The notes below the pieces were generated by a model. It was not told the DNA's origin, ran no database searches, and saw only the letters and a list, made by a program, of their open reading frames with translations. The position numbers were made by a program, and so were the translations under genes. A DNA stretch of 63,998 nucleotides, counting the filler, from Octopus bimaculoides (taxonomy: Eukaryota): NCBI RefSeq assembly GCF_001194135.2. It is 6 parts of 4 records of this genome, joined end to end, with 100 filler letters (N's around TTAATTAATTAA, not from the genome) between each part and the next. Parts side by side here need not be neighbours in the genome. Positions count along the whole stretch, not along the records: positions 5,119 to 21,645 come from NC_068991.1; positions 21,746 to 32,547 come from NC_068989.1; 4 more parts are not named here. One strand, given 5' to 3'. Shown here piece by piece: positions 14,139-27,499 of the stretch. Every line of letters starts with the position of its first letter. The stretch's first letter is position 1.

Positions 14139-14608
14139 GAAGATTACTTATTGATTTTGATTTGTGAATATCAGTGCGATAGATTTACTAAACTGCAACG
14201 GTGCATGTCCACACTTTCAGTTCGTTGCACAATTCCTCATCCATCTGTCACACACCGATGCACATCATAGATGTTCGGTTTCGCTTCTTTCTGCATTTGA
14301 CGGGGTGGTGGTCGTGAGTTTGGTTGTGGCGACAAGCTTGTCTTAATTTTTATTTCGGTTTCATTTAAATTTTAACCGTCTTATGTATCAATTTTATTTA
14401 TTATTTTTTTGTTTTTTGTTTTAATTTATTTTTTTATTTTCTATTTTGTTTATTCGCTCTCTTCTTCTTGGTGGTGATGATGATGATGCTGAATGCTTAA
14501 TCCTAGGAGTGATAGTAATGTTGTAAAGCAGGTGATGGCGGCGGCGACGACAGTGTCAACGGCGTCGGCGGTGGCCGTAATGGTGGTGGTGGTGGTGGTG
14601 GTGGTGGT
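13460..14608. repeat. Cluster of trinucleotide repeats (CAT, TTG, TCG, TAT, GGT)
   Basis: Direct reading. Confidence 0.9.
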
Positions 14609-15222
14609 NNNNNNNNNNNNNNNNNNNNNNNNNNNNNNNNNNNNNNNNNNNNNNNNNNNNNNNNNNNNNNNNNNNNNNNNNNNNNNNNNNNNNNNNNNNN
14701 NNNNNNNNNNNNNNNNNNNNNNNNNNNNNNNNNNNNNNNNNNNNNNNNNNNNNNNNNNNNNNNNNNNNNNNNNNNNNNNNNNNNNNNNNNNNNNNNNNNN
14801 NNNNNNNNNNNNNNNTTATCTCTATACATAATCGTCTTCGTCGTCATCGTCGTCATCGTCGTCGTCGTCATCATCATCATCATCATCATCGGCGTCATCG
14901 TTATCAACAAAGCCTCCATCATATATATATAAGCACTAGCGTATTCTACTTACACAAATATACACACACACGCACACAAACTACCCCCACCCCATATATA
15001 CATGTATGCATATATATATATATATATGCAATGTGTATATATGAACTTATATGATATATAAATACACACACACACACACACACAAATATGTGTGTGTGTG
15101 TGTGTATTTATATGTATATATGCATTCATAATGGCAAGGATGATGATGCTACAGATGATAATAATAAGGATGATCATGATAATGACAGGCATAATCGTGA
15201 CTACAGAGACTATGATAAAAAT

Positions 15223-15284
<62 letters not shown>

Positions 15285-15415
15285 GTGTATATATTAATGT
15301 AAATGTATGGAGTTCTATATATTTATATTTACGTGTATATATAGGTATAATATATATATATACATACGTATATCTTGAGATAGATGAACAGACAGACGGA
15401 CAGACAATCAGACAA

Positions 15416-15463
<48 letters not shown>

Positions 15464-15983
15464 CAAAGAATATATATACATGTATACACACATATATGTA
15501 CATACTTACATCTACATGTGTATATACATGCATATCAGGGTACAGGACGTTAGAACAATAAACTACAGACAACGGAACGAACACATAGGAAAACGGAAAG
15601 CCCCTTGGAATATCCCTTCATCAGCTGTCTCTATTCTATCTAGACGTTTCTATATANNNNNNNNNNNNNNNNNNNNNNNNNNNNNNNNNNNNNNNNNNNN
15701 NNNNNNNNNNNNNNNNNNNNNNNNNNNNNNNNNNNNNNNNNNNNNNNNNNNNNNNNNNNNNNNNNNNNNNNNNNNNNNNNNNNNNNNNNNNNNNNNNNNN
15801 NNNNNNNNNNNNNNNNNNNNNNNNNNNNNNNNNNNNNNNNNNNNNNNNNNNNNNNNNNNNNNNNNNNNNNNNNNNNNNNNNNNNNNNNNNNNNNNNNNNN
15901 NNNNNNNNNNNNNNNNNNNNNNNNNNNNNNNNNNNNNNNNNNNAAAATCGATTAAGGTTGTTCATCATTTTCAAACTGCATGG

Positions 15984-16035
<52 letters not shown>

Positions 16036-16615
16036 TGAGAGAGAGAGAGATTTGCACATCTCTATATCTACTACGTAGCTTTACAAATGTGCGCGCGCGC
16101 GCGTGTATGCGCTTGTATGTGAGAGTGTTTATATCTGTGCTTATATGGGTATGTTTTTGTGTGTTTCTCTTCTTTTGTTGCTGCACCCAGAAAATGTTAA
16201 TTGCTTACATTGAAACCAATATTATTGGGATGTTTAAAGTTGCAAATATAGATGACTTTTACTGTGATACTGGACTATATTAAACTCTTAAAATTATTAA
16301 ACTATTAATTTCTGTACCCCATCTTCTCGTATTTAAGTGGCTACTAGAGGTCGTAATGTGATATGAGATCTTTATGTTCGTCCAACACGATTACACTTCT
16401 TATTTCGACAAAGTTAAAAGGCCATTGTAACCAGTAACCAGTAATACAATAAATCAGCAACCGAGAGGTGCGTTGTTCATCGCCCATCATGGAATCTGAA
16501 CATTTTTACCTCTTTTAGGCTATACTTGTTGCTCGTCTCATTTACACACACATACATGTACATGTATAATACATACACCTCCCCACACACACAAACACAC
16601 ACACACACACAAACA

Positions 16616-16687
<72 letters not shown>

Positions 16688-17033
16688 GAGTAGATAAAAC
16701 AGCCGACAACTGATGAAGGGTCGTTCTTTATGTTATTTGTCTTGTTTTCCATTTGTTTCCTTCGTTGATCGCAAAAATGTTCGTATTCCATGTTTTCGTA
16801 TTTCGTATTTCATGTTGTTTACGTTTTATGACGTCCTGTACCCATATATATGCATATTTATATACATATATATGTATGTACATATATGCATGTATATTTG
16901 CATATATGTATATATATTATTTATATTATATATGTGTGTGTGTGCTTGTGCATGTATTTATACGTTCATCTATCTACACACATACACACACACATACGCA
17001 CGCACACACACATGCACACACACACACACACGA

Positions 17034-17066
<33 letters not shown>

Positions 17067-17267
17067 TATATAAAATGAAGAAAAGGCTGATACACAGCTA
17101 CTACAGAAAAATTTACTGTGGAATGGGGAACGAGAAAACATACAAACGAAACCAAATACGCTTTAACTATCGTCTGCTATCAACCAAATCGCATCACGAT
17201 TTTGACACCTTCCGAAAAGATTGTTCCAAGGTGAATGTCAGCAATATAAACTGTTTGGACATCTTTT

Positions 17268-17400
17268 AATCCTTTTTGCCCCTTGTGGAGCATAGGGCCT
17301 CAAAAGTTATTTTCCCCTTTTTGCGGTCATTGGCGTGTTTCTTGACTGCTTCCCATGTCTTCCCATGTTTGGACATAGACCAGCAGAAACTCTACTTCTT
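17268..17400 (-). mobile_element. RTE-type LINE 3' end fragment
   Basis: Reverse complement reads ..GAAGCAGTCAAGAAACACGCCAATGACCG...GGCCCTATGCTCCACAAGGGGC, the typical RTE C-terminus (A.DR..W..ALCS). Confidence 0.5.
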
Positions 17401-18557
17401 TACTCTATATTTCATTCGTATTACAGAAGTGTTTTATGCAACTTCTAATATTTTCACTTTTCGAATGCGTATGCCTGTGTGGGTGCGTATGTGTGTGTGT
17501 GTATTTATGCGTGTGTGCGTGTGTGCGAGTTCATATTGTTGTATTTGATGTTCTCTGGTGTTGCTGGTATGAAGGGAAAGCCAATTCTCCTATTTTCCCT
17601 TTTCTCTAATTACTCTCCCTCTCTACCACGTTCTCCTTTCCTGTCTCTGATTTCCTTTACCTCCTTTTCCTTCAGTCGCCATCAGCTTTTGTCTCACTTC
17701 TTACACGACTTAGTTCTAGTCTCTCTTGGTTTTTCTCATTTCTTTGCTTCTCCCACTCCATTCTCTGTCTTTCATTCCCCTATCTCTCACTACTTCTCTC
17801 CCTTTTTGTCTCTCGCTTTGCCCATTTGTTTCTATTATTGTTATCTCAATGTACAAATGTCGTTTCTTCTTCCTTATTATTTCTCTTTCTACCTTTAATT
17901 TCTCTCCCCAGCTTTCTTTCTTCTACTCGCCTTCTTTGTTTGTCTGTCTGTCTCTCACTTTCTCACATACGCACACACATACACACAAATACACTCAAAA
18001 CACGCAGTCATCTGTGCCCTCGTCTCCTCTTTCTTCCTCTCTCTTTCTCTCACTTCATTCTCCCGATCTCCCGATACATTAAAATAATGTTTCCCCAGTC
18101 ATAAAATGGTAGAACACTTTCCTCTCAACTTCCGTCAAATTGAAACATACCGTACAACCAAATGTTTTGGATGTTTTTTCTTATTAACACACGCCATATT
18201 ATTTGCTTCATTTCCTCTCCGTTTGTCGACCATCGTTCACCAACAACATCATCAAAATCATCACATAGACTCACTCCGCCATTACAATCATCACACATGC
18301 CACTATTACCACCGCGACGATCGCCATACCTACCCTCACAAGTCAACCGAATTTCTCTCACCTCTTTCCCCGTCACAACCAACCTATCAATCATCGTTCC
18401 TGTCACAACGATGACTACTGCGGCCATCTCATCTATCACTTCCCTAACCATCAACGCAAATTATTGCTGCCGCATTTACCATTAGCACCATCATATCTTC
18501 CTCAACCTCGACCAACATCGACGACAACTGCACTCTTAACAATATTGATTAAAATAA

Positions 18558-18980
18558 GGCGGCGAGCTAGCAAAATCGTTGGCACGCTGAGAAGAATGCT
18601 TAGCGGCATCTCGTCCGTCTTTACGTTCTGAGTTCGACTTTGCCTTTCATCCTTGCGGGGTCGATAAAATAAGTACCAGTTGAACACTGCGGAACGATGT
18701 TATCGCCTTATATTCTCTCCCAAAATTTCTGGCCTTGTGCTAAAATTTGAAATCAGTATTAATTAACTAAAATAAGGCGGCGGCAGAATCGTTAGCAGGC
18801 CGAGCAAATGCTTAGCGGTATTTCGTCCGTCTTAATGTTCTGAGTTCAAATTCCGCTGAGATCAACTTTACGTTTCATCCTCGGGATCGATTAAATAAGT
18901 ACTAGTTGAACATTGGTGTTGATGTAATCGACTTAACCCTCCCCCTGAAATTGCTGGCCTGGTGACAAAATTTGAAACAA
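18558..18980 (+). mobile_element. Two tandem copies of SINE family A (18558-18752, 18776-18980)
   Basis: Same head, B-box and central domain as 3794-4008. Confidence 0.85.
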
Positions 18981-19677
18981 ATATTAGTTAATTAAAATAA
19001 ATAAATAAATAAAAATGCTATTGCTTGCAACACCAACGCCGAAGAACTAACGATCTAATATGAGTGAGTTTTTACGGTATTGCTCAGCGTTTAAGAAATA
19101 GCAGCCAAATATTCATTAAATCACTCGCTACGGTCTTAAGATGGACACATTAGGTAATGTAATCTCATACTTTTAATATATAGAGTGGTCGCGGCTGGGA
19201 TGCTTCAATCATAGGCCAGCGCTGACCTGGAGATAAACAGTAACGCCAACAAAACCATCGGAACCGCAACAACCACCACCACCACCACCTCTATCAGCAC
19301 CACCACAATCATTACCGTCGTCACCGCCACCACAGTTATTATTATCACCACTACCATCACCACAAACACCACCACCACCACCATCATCGCCGTCCCTTTC
19401 TTCTCCTTTGCTAACATCACTTCAGATACTGAAGTTGATATTAGTAATTATGAAATCAATCACCAACCTCACTTTCAAGCCATTTTTTTATATATATTTT
19501 TCCCTAATAAAGAAGGAAACTCATTGAAGGACGTTGCACGTATTTGGATATTAAGTGACTTCCCTGATTTTAAGAAAAAAATGACATTCGAAATATACAC
19601 ACACACATAGACACATACACACACACGCGTATAGCGTGTTTAAAATAATAAACGTACACATATGTACGTATGCATGA

Positions 19678-19759
<82 letters not shown>

Positions 19760-20304
19760 TGAATTTCACAAATGTGTGCAGTAACGATAAGCTACTACAT
19801 ACAAACACCTGTACTTATGTTGATATTAACTTTTCTTTCGTTGAATCATACAATAACTTTAACAATCAAATCATCATGAGCTTTCCTTCTAATAGTTTGT
19901 AATTAGTCTTCATACATTAATTGCATTCTATGATATTCAAATTTAGATGCCTTCGCATGAATCGTAACCCTGTTACGATGAATTTCTATCTGCTCAATCT
20001 GGTGTATTAATATTTTTCTTGCCCATTTTTACTCTTTTAAAAAGGACTCGCTTCTAAAGAATGTGTAAATGATGATATTGTTTATATTAGGTTGGGAAGA
20101 ATATAGACGTTGTGGGAAAACTGCAGTTCGCGTAATTTTCTGAATGGCACACCTAACAAAATTTTCTTTCAGTAGTGCGGCCCGCCTGATGATGGGTCAT
20201 GTCTCACGCGCCCACTCCTCGAATAAGTTGTCCATGCTTGATACAGAATGGTACAGCGAGTCAGCAGTTCGATAAGTACTCGCTGTTGATGTTTACCCCA
20301 TGAT

Positions 20305-20554
20305 CAATGGTTCTCAACCATTTTTTTGCCTGTGGATACCGTTGATTCCTATTTCATTTTACTGAAACCCCCATAGCCATTTGAAGTTTTAAAAGATCTT
20401 ATTTATAATTAAGGATTGTATAAAAAAGATAATTGTTAAAATATTTTGAGTAATTTAGAAGTACAACCGATTTATTAAGCATAGCTTCTAACAACTAGAT
20501 GTTATATGGATCGCCACCCCGCAAGGTCATGTGGACCCTGGTCGAGAACCATTA
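20305..20554. mobile_element. hAT/Charlie-type MITE
   Basis: TIRs CAATGGTTCTCAACC / GGTCGAGAACCATTA. Confidence 0.65.
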
Positions 20555-21771
20555 CTCTAGGTTAATACCATTCGAGCAAGGCTGTGATCAAAGACATTCC
20601 ATCTGTGACCACCTTCACCGCTTTTCAAACATAATGTAATCTAGTAGTATTGGTTTGTCAGATAAATTCATTTCTTCGTTTTTTTTTTTTTGTTTTATTC
20701 ACAATTATTTTAACCCCTTTCAATGTTACTGAATTAACGTGAAAACTATTTTTTTCGTAGTGTTTTATGGAAGGGACGAGTGGTATGTCTATTATTCCTC
20801 TAAAACTTTCGTTAATTGATATTGAAATTTGAAATTTATTTCACACTTCATCATCTTTTGTCTTTCCAGACGTAACACGACGGAGTGCCAAATGAAAAAC
20901 AAAACTAAGGACGAACTCAATGAAAATGCTGACTGCTACTTTCAGCAATCAGACAACTACGTCCATGGATCCATTTAATCGATTGTCTTGTGCTTCTGCT
21001 GGAACTCACTATTAGCACCATCATCATCATCATCATCATTTTCCACCATCCTCCTCTCCCCTCACTCTGATATACTCCCTCCTACCCCAACCTTATATAC
21101 CCGACCGCCACCGTCTACCACGGTTCATTACATGTTTTATTGCCGATCAAAACTTCCGAAAGTCTGTCTTTGCTGCCCCCTTACCCCTCCCCTCACCTCC
21201 CAGCCCTTTCCAGCCACCCTTCCTGCCCGTTCGGACATCAGTCAGCATCTCATTTCGGATTTCCTCAGTCAGCACCAGCCACCAACTCTTCGATGTCCGT
21301 ATGGCGGATGGCGGGTGTTTGATGTCGGAATTGGGGTAGGGGTGGTCGAAGGAGGAGAGAGGCGCGCCTGTCTGTCTATAAATGTATGCATGGATGTGTG
21401 CGGGTGTGCGTATGTATGGATGTATGTATGTATGTATTTATGTGTGTATGTATGTATGTATGTATGTATTTATGTGTGTATGTATGTATGTATGTATGTG
21501 TCCATGTGCGTGTGTGTGTTTCGTTGTGCGTGCGTGTGTGAGTTTGTGCGCGTGTAGATGCACGAAGTAAGATTATGGAGTACGCTTGTGCATATTGCAT
21601 TATAAGCAATAGGTATGTAAGGAGTATATGTGCTTGAATGTGAAGNNNNNNNNNNNNNNNNNNNNNNNNNNNNNNNNNNNNNNNNNNNNTTAATTAATTA
21701 ANNNNNNNNNNNNNNNNNNNNNNNNNNNNNNNNNNNNNNNNNNNNAAGTCGTTCAGTTATTTCCCTTGTAA

Positions 21772-22190
21772 TTTATTTAACCCCTCGAAACTGGAAGATT
21801 ACCCTAACTTTAACTCTAAAACCGAAACCCTAACCCTAAAACCCTAAGCTAAAACCAGTACAAACGCACGAACGATGTTATGAATAACAGTACCGCCGAT
21901 AGTTGTTGTTGACAAACAACGGCACTAATTTTATTCAAGGGAAAAGATCCCATGACACCGTTGTTTACATTCCACGGCAGTAATTGTTTTCACCTCAATA
22001 GACGTCAGTGATTGGTTGAAATTACCGAAATACGACAACTTTTTACATGAAATAACTTCGAATACAAAAATTTGTATCTGTTCTATAATACAAAATATAC
22101 AAGCATACGAAGTTTGAAAGTGTTTCGGTACCAAAAACACTACATAAAACATTAATGAAAAATGTTACCCGTCAAACCAAAAAGATCCCA
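21772..22190. mobile_element. Dispersed repeat containing telomere-like CCCTAA units
   Basis: ACCCTAACCCTAAAACCCTAA at about 21826-21847 inside a non-telomeric element-like sequence; class uncertain (Helentron-like possible). Confidence 0.35.
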
Positions 22191-22239
22191 GCATCGCATT
22201 CGTCCTTACTATTAGAGGCATTAAACTGTGGGATGCTGC

Positions 22240-23380
22240 CGAATAAAGAAAATGTGTTATAAAGTTACTATATCAAATGGACCCAGAGACAGAACTAGCT
22301 ATCAAGATTGTGTCACACAACCGAAGGAGCTGTTAGAATATGTAGGCAAGGAAAGAGGCGGGCACTTTGGGGATAGTCACTGAGATGATGAAAATATCTG
22401 GCAGAAGTAGAACACACGCTGGTTACTAGTATCCTCTGTCAGATAACTGCTTCAGGAACAAAGGAAATGCTTTAGAAAAAAAGCCAGTACATACAGAAAA
22501 GGTGAAAGGAGATAGCTTTGATGAACCAACCGTGTGATGAGAAATGGTTTCGAGAATGACAGTGTATTTTGACTCCTCAGCAGGTGCCACTGGGCATTGC
22601 AGCAATCCAGCCTCTGAAAATGGATTGCAAACCGGCCACTTTCAGAACAACTGCCATATAATAACACTCGACCTACCGAAACCTTTTAACCAAGTTGATC
22701 AGGGCTGCATCGAAGTCAGCTTCATTACCAAATCTCTTTATTATGTATCGTGTCAAGAGGTGGTTGTCATAGACAGACCTAGTCAGGATCACGGACGTTT
22801 CTTCGACCAGATTGCCAATGACAAGTGCCAAACATTTTCCTAATATCTTAGTCAAACTATTAAACAGTGTTCAGCAGAGTTAGGGAGTGAAAGTTGTTTA
22901 CGATACCCTGCTTATTGGTGTTCTTTCTCAGCAGCATTCCCACTTCCCAGTTCACAGTACTATGAGGTCTCCCGTTCGGCAGTCAGTTATAACAGCTCGT
23001 CACCACACATATTTCAGTTGTTGTTATCTGGTTTTTGCAACACTTCACGTCTTCTGTCAACATTTGCAACAAGCCATTAAGGTACCCAGCCAGCATGACC
23101 ATATCGGGCAGACATCAAGGCGAACAGTGGAATATTGGTAATTTTTTGCTGATATCAGCCCGTCATCAATACAACATCAGAACAGAGTTATTTTACGTTT
23201 TGCATTCCTCATTGTCAGTTCTATTTACTACTATCATCGTCGATGTAGAAAACATTGTATTTGTAGCAGTATTGTGTTTTTTTATAACAGTACTCCAACA
23301 TCGGGCGGATCGTACTGCTGCTGGACATGCAATATCCTTGTGTTCCAAGCAGGGACAGGGGAAGCAACTCAAAATGCAAT
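22240..23380 (-). mobile_element. Degenerate LINE (CR1/L2-like) endonuclease-region fragment
   Basis: Fragmentary minus-strand ORFs (22452-22667, 22673-22855, 23193-23468) with endonuclease-like wording; heavily decayed. Confidence 0.45.
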
Positions 23381-24284
23381 CCTTATATTTTCCATATCGA
23401 AAGCAGAGAAATTCAATATCCCTGTCGAAAGTTAGGATACAAAAAACACGTGATTTATCTAGCGTCATAAATAAGATTAAAAACGCTTTTTAATTTTGCC
23501 AGTTCAATATAATGTATGGGAAAATTTAAAGTCTTTCGACTTGAGAAATGTTCAACAATTAATTGTGAATTGTATGTTTCAGTGCAGAATAGTACACGTC
23601 ATTTTCAAAACTTGGATCCAAACCGACACACATTTAATTTAAGGTATGTTAAAATTGGGATGCAAAAAGTTGTTAAAATCGTTATTTTAAACATCAACAA
23701 ACATGACGTTTACATTTAAAGCAAATAATTGAGTGATTATCAACATTTGACAGATTATTCATTTTGATGTGTGTAGCCAAAAACGAACAGAAAATAAACC
23801 AACATAAACCTACCACAGCTCAAAATATATTTCAAATTTTTCAATGAAATCCTACAGAAATGGATATCATTAGGAGAGCTACAGATAGCCTGTCTACAGA
23901 TTTCAAACAGACAGTTCTTTAATAATAAGTATAATTAATGAATTCCTTTTAGATGTTCATTTATTTTTTTTTATGTCTTGGGATTTATCAACATATCTGA
24001 CAGCTAAGATAACCCCATGTTTGCTGAATTTATTATTTGCATTGGAAATGGGACTGAATATCAGTTCCCGAGGACACCCATGTAAAACTCTGAGTCCCCA
24101 CTAACCATCCACCTTTCATTTTACATGAAGGTGCGGGTAAGCTGTCAGACATGTCCATAGATAGCACTACAAGTTTGAGGCTATAAATTTCAATGTGTTC
24201 TAAGGCTGTGTATTGACAAACAAATACCCATGTTATTCACTGTGTGAATGGAAATACATGTAATTCCTTGTTTATTTTTTCAAG

Positions 24285-24488
24285 ATGATTCTGAGTATCA
24301 AACACAGACACTTCAAAAGCCACCTCCTGTCATTCAGTTTCCAAAAGAGAGAGCATCTCAACCCCACTTGTCTTCTCCAGAGCCAAGTAGATATCCACAG
24401 CTAACTGACATTCACAATACGCCAAAAGAAAGAAGTGCAAATGCAGCTCCTCCCAACTTGTCGGGAAAATCTGAACAGTTGTTGCATG
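24285..24488 (+). pseudogene. Exon-like open segment (phase 1-1, 204 nt) of an unidentified, probably transposon-borne gene
   Basis: TTTTTTCAAG acceptor, GTAAGT donor, stop-free DDSEYQTQTLQKPPPVIQFPKERASQPHLSSPEPSRYP...EQLLH. Confidence 0.5.
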
Positions 24489-25183
24489 GTAAGTCAATAT
24501 TATATCATTAGTATACTTTAGGGTATGTGGAAAGTGGTTTCAAATTTATTTATAAACAGAAAATAAAACATTTTGTGTTTGAAAGCAGCTCTTGGGATCA
24601 TTCCACGGAGAGCCATGTTTGAAATGTATGCTTTCACCCTGATACATAATTACAATGCTTAAGAAATAACTGGCAGGTAAATGAGGATAGTATCAAAAGA
24701 CAAAACATTTTCAAGAATTTTATCAATTTAACCAATCTTGTTTCAAAAGGATTACTTAAAAACAATAAATTGTATAACTCATCCTAACTGCTCTGTTGAT
24801 CTTCGTGTGAGGATATCCTAAGTTTTAGCTTCAGACAGCCACAGCATCTCCATGTTGGACGTTTTGGGTGAAGAGGTACAAAATCTTTGCTTGCATTAGC
24901 ATGAGGAATATAATGCTGTAATATTAACTTTGGTGTCTTTTACCATTCTAGAGGCCCTTGGGGCACTGAAACAAGGTGCCATTTCCCTGTGAAATAGGCA
25001 TCATAATTCCCATTTCTGGAATATGAAACCCCTACCCCTAATCACGGCAAACTAAACGAGGCAAATAAATATTAGTGTTATAGTAGACCTTATATAAGGC
25101 CACAGATAATTGATTGTTGGTTTAGCGATCTCTCCGATTCTAGAAAGCAAATGTGAAATGAGATTATTATTGATTGTGTATTA

Positions 25184-25857
25184 TCTACATATATATAAAA
25201 ATGAGAATGCGTGTCTGTCTGTGTGTCTGTGTGAATCCTTAAAACTTGAGAACTACACAACCAATTTCATTCAAATTTTACACATGCCTTACATAGGGTC
25301 CATGTAGTGTCATAGGCCCCAAAATTTTTTAACTTCTTGCCTAGTCCGAACCCAGTGCAATATCACATCTCCACTATTTCAGTATTACGTGTCAAAAGTG
25401 AAACAATAACCTCTCTCTATTGTAATGTCAGATATTTTCACTTGAATAGTTTCACATTAATACTGAAACTATTATCTCACATGTCTGTCTGTCTGTGAAT
25501 CCCTAAAACTTGAGAACTACGCAACCAATTTCATTCATATTTTACACATGCCTTACTTAGGGTCCATGTAGTGTCATAGGCCAAAAAAATTTTTAACTGC
25601 TTCATAGTGTAAGCCCAGAGCAATATCATATCTCCTCCACTATTTCAGTATTACGTGTCAAAAGTGAAACAATAACATCTCTCCATTGTAATGTCAGATA
25701 TTTTCACTTTAATAGTGTGTAAAGAGGGAAAGAACCCTCATCTGCAATTTTGATGAAATTCGAATCATAGGTATTCCAATTCATTAGAGAAAATATAACA
25801 GAAAAGTCTAATTCTTCAATTGCATGTAACATGGGCAACGTCAGGTATCTCTACTAG
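25184..25857 (+). mobile_element. Non-autonomous Helitron with an internal duplication of about 265 bp
   Basis: A|TC at the 5' end (25183/25184), CTAG|T at the 3' end (25854-25858), decayed subterminal hairpin ACATGGGCAACGTCAGGT, no TSD. Confidence 0.85.
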
Positions 25858-25953
25858 TTTTCAATATATCTGTAAACGACTAATGTCATGAGGTATACTC
25901 AGCAAGTATTTCGTAATTCTACTCTACCTTTCTTTTTTTATTTTCTATTTCAG

Positions 25954-26181
25954 TTCAGGATCAGCAGCTATTCACCGCAATTGAAAAAAATTCAAGAGGA
26001 ACAGTCCCAGTAGAGAGAAATGCTGCAGTCTATACTGCAGCTAATTCAAAATATTCCATTCTCATTCTCCATTTTGGAGACAAGAAATCTCCCCAACACA
26101 ATTCATTTCTCTTGTGAGAGTTAAGAGGATATTGAGGCTTTGGAAGCTGAGTTAAGTGATGGTGTGGTTCAAAATAACAAG
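25954..26181 (+). pseudogene. Exon with two in-frame stops, DUF4806-like wording
   Basis: TTTCAG acceptor, GTAATT donor; FRISSYSPQLKKIQEEQSQ*REMLQSILQLIQNIP..LPNTIHFSCES*EDIEALEAELSDGVVQNNK. Domain assignment is from pattern recall only. Confidence 0.4.
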
Positions 26182-27499
26182 GTAATTTGCACATTTTACA
26201 TTGTCGTGGCTTTACCTGCTGGTTCATTAATAACCACTCTGCCCCTCTCTAACTGATCTGTCTACTTACATGTGACTTTTGCTTCCTTCATTCTTCACAT
26301 GTGTGTGTTTCAATATCCCACACACACACCAAAGAAACTCACACCCATCTTGGTATTCATAACCGCAGATTCGGTTTGTTTTGACTGTATAATAATTAAG
26401 AATATTTAAGCACATCAACCTAATATTCAGTTGAAAAGATTATTTGATTAAGATTCCAGCAGGAACCTCAGAAAGTAACATGGTACTTGTATATTGTGGT
26501 TTACTAGTTCTCTTTTACTGGTAAAATAAAGTAAATCAACCAATGGCAGTTGGACATCATATCCATAAACAATTTGTGGTTTTAAATACAATTTTATTGA
26601 TGATATCACTCACATTTAATGTGTTTTTCCTATTTCTGCACAGTCCAAATATATTTATTTTCAACAAATCTCCCAAATTTCAAGTCATAAAATCAAACCC
26701 GAAATTGAGTACCGTAACTCCTTATTAACCAGTCTTTATGTACAGATATGAATGATTGTTGAACTTTGTCACAAATAGCCACAGCTGTATAAGTGAACTT
26801 AACACTAATTAAATAAATATCTTAGTTTTACAGTGTATGTTGGCCAGTATATTTTGTCTTTATTTTTATTAGCTTCTAAATCTTGTGATTTATTTTGTTG
26901 TGTTGTAAATAGCCATTTTTCAAAGTTATAGTTTATAAAATAAATGATGTTTGCAAAGAAAAATGAGTTGTTCATTTTTAAATTTTTTTTCTGGCTGTTT
27001 CTACATGATTTTTCAGATATTCCCATACAAATGCCATGTAAACTGATGCTTATACAATTACATCTTCAAAATAAATTTAATATTGTTTCTGTTTAGCAGT
27101 GGGTGGTCCTCACTGGATGTAAATTGAAACAATATTACATTTTTATTTTCAAACGCTGGGTGGATGAGGCTGGAATCAGAGCAATTCATACCAGGGATCT
27201 GGTGTAATGCTATTGGAGAACATAAAGTGTGGCCGATGTCGAACCTGTATAAACGTTTAATCATACATTAATTATCCCACCCTTGAATTTATTTTGGATC
27301 CAGATCAGGTATTTGACAAAATCAGCTTCAGCCAATATTGAGACTTCTCGAGTTGAAAAATCATACATCAGCCCAACCTCATTTTCATATTGGACCAATG
27401 TCACTTTGATGTGAATGTGACATTGGGCCAACGTCAACTAGATGTAGAGACCAAAATCTCCCATCAGCCCAACCTCAAATTCATATCGGCCCAATGTTG

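Noticed and set aside
14164-14346. Unique-looking segment between trinucleotide repeats
   Set aside because: No open frame with splice signals and no recognisable motif.
20185-20230. CTGATGA followed by a TGGG/CCCA stem (hammerhead or C-box snoRNA)
   Set aside because: No GAAA directly after the stem and no D-box/terminal stem.
21826-21847. True interstitial telomere
   Set aside because: Only about three imperfect units, embedded in element-like sequence.
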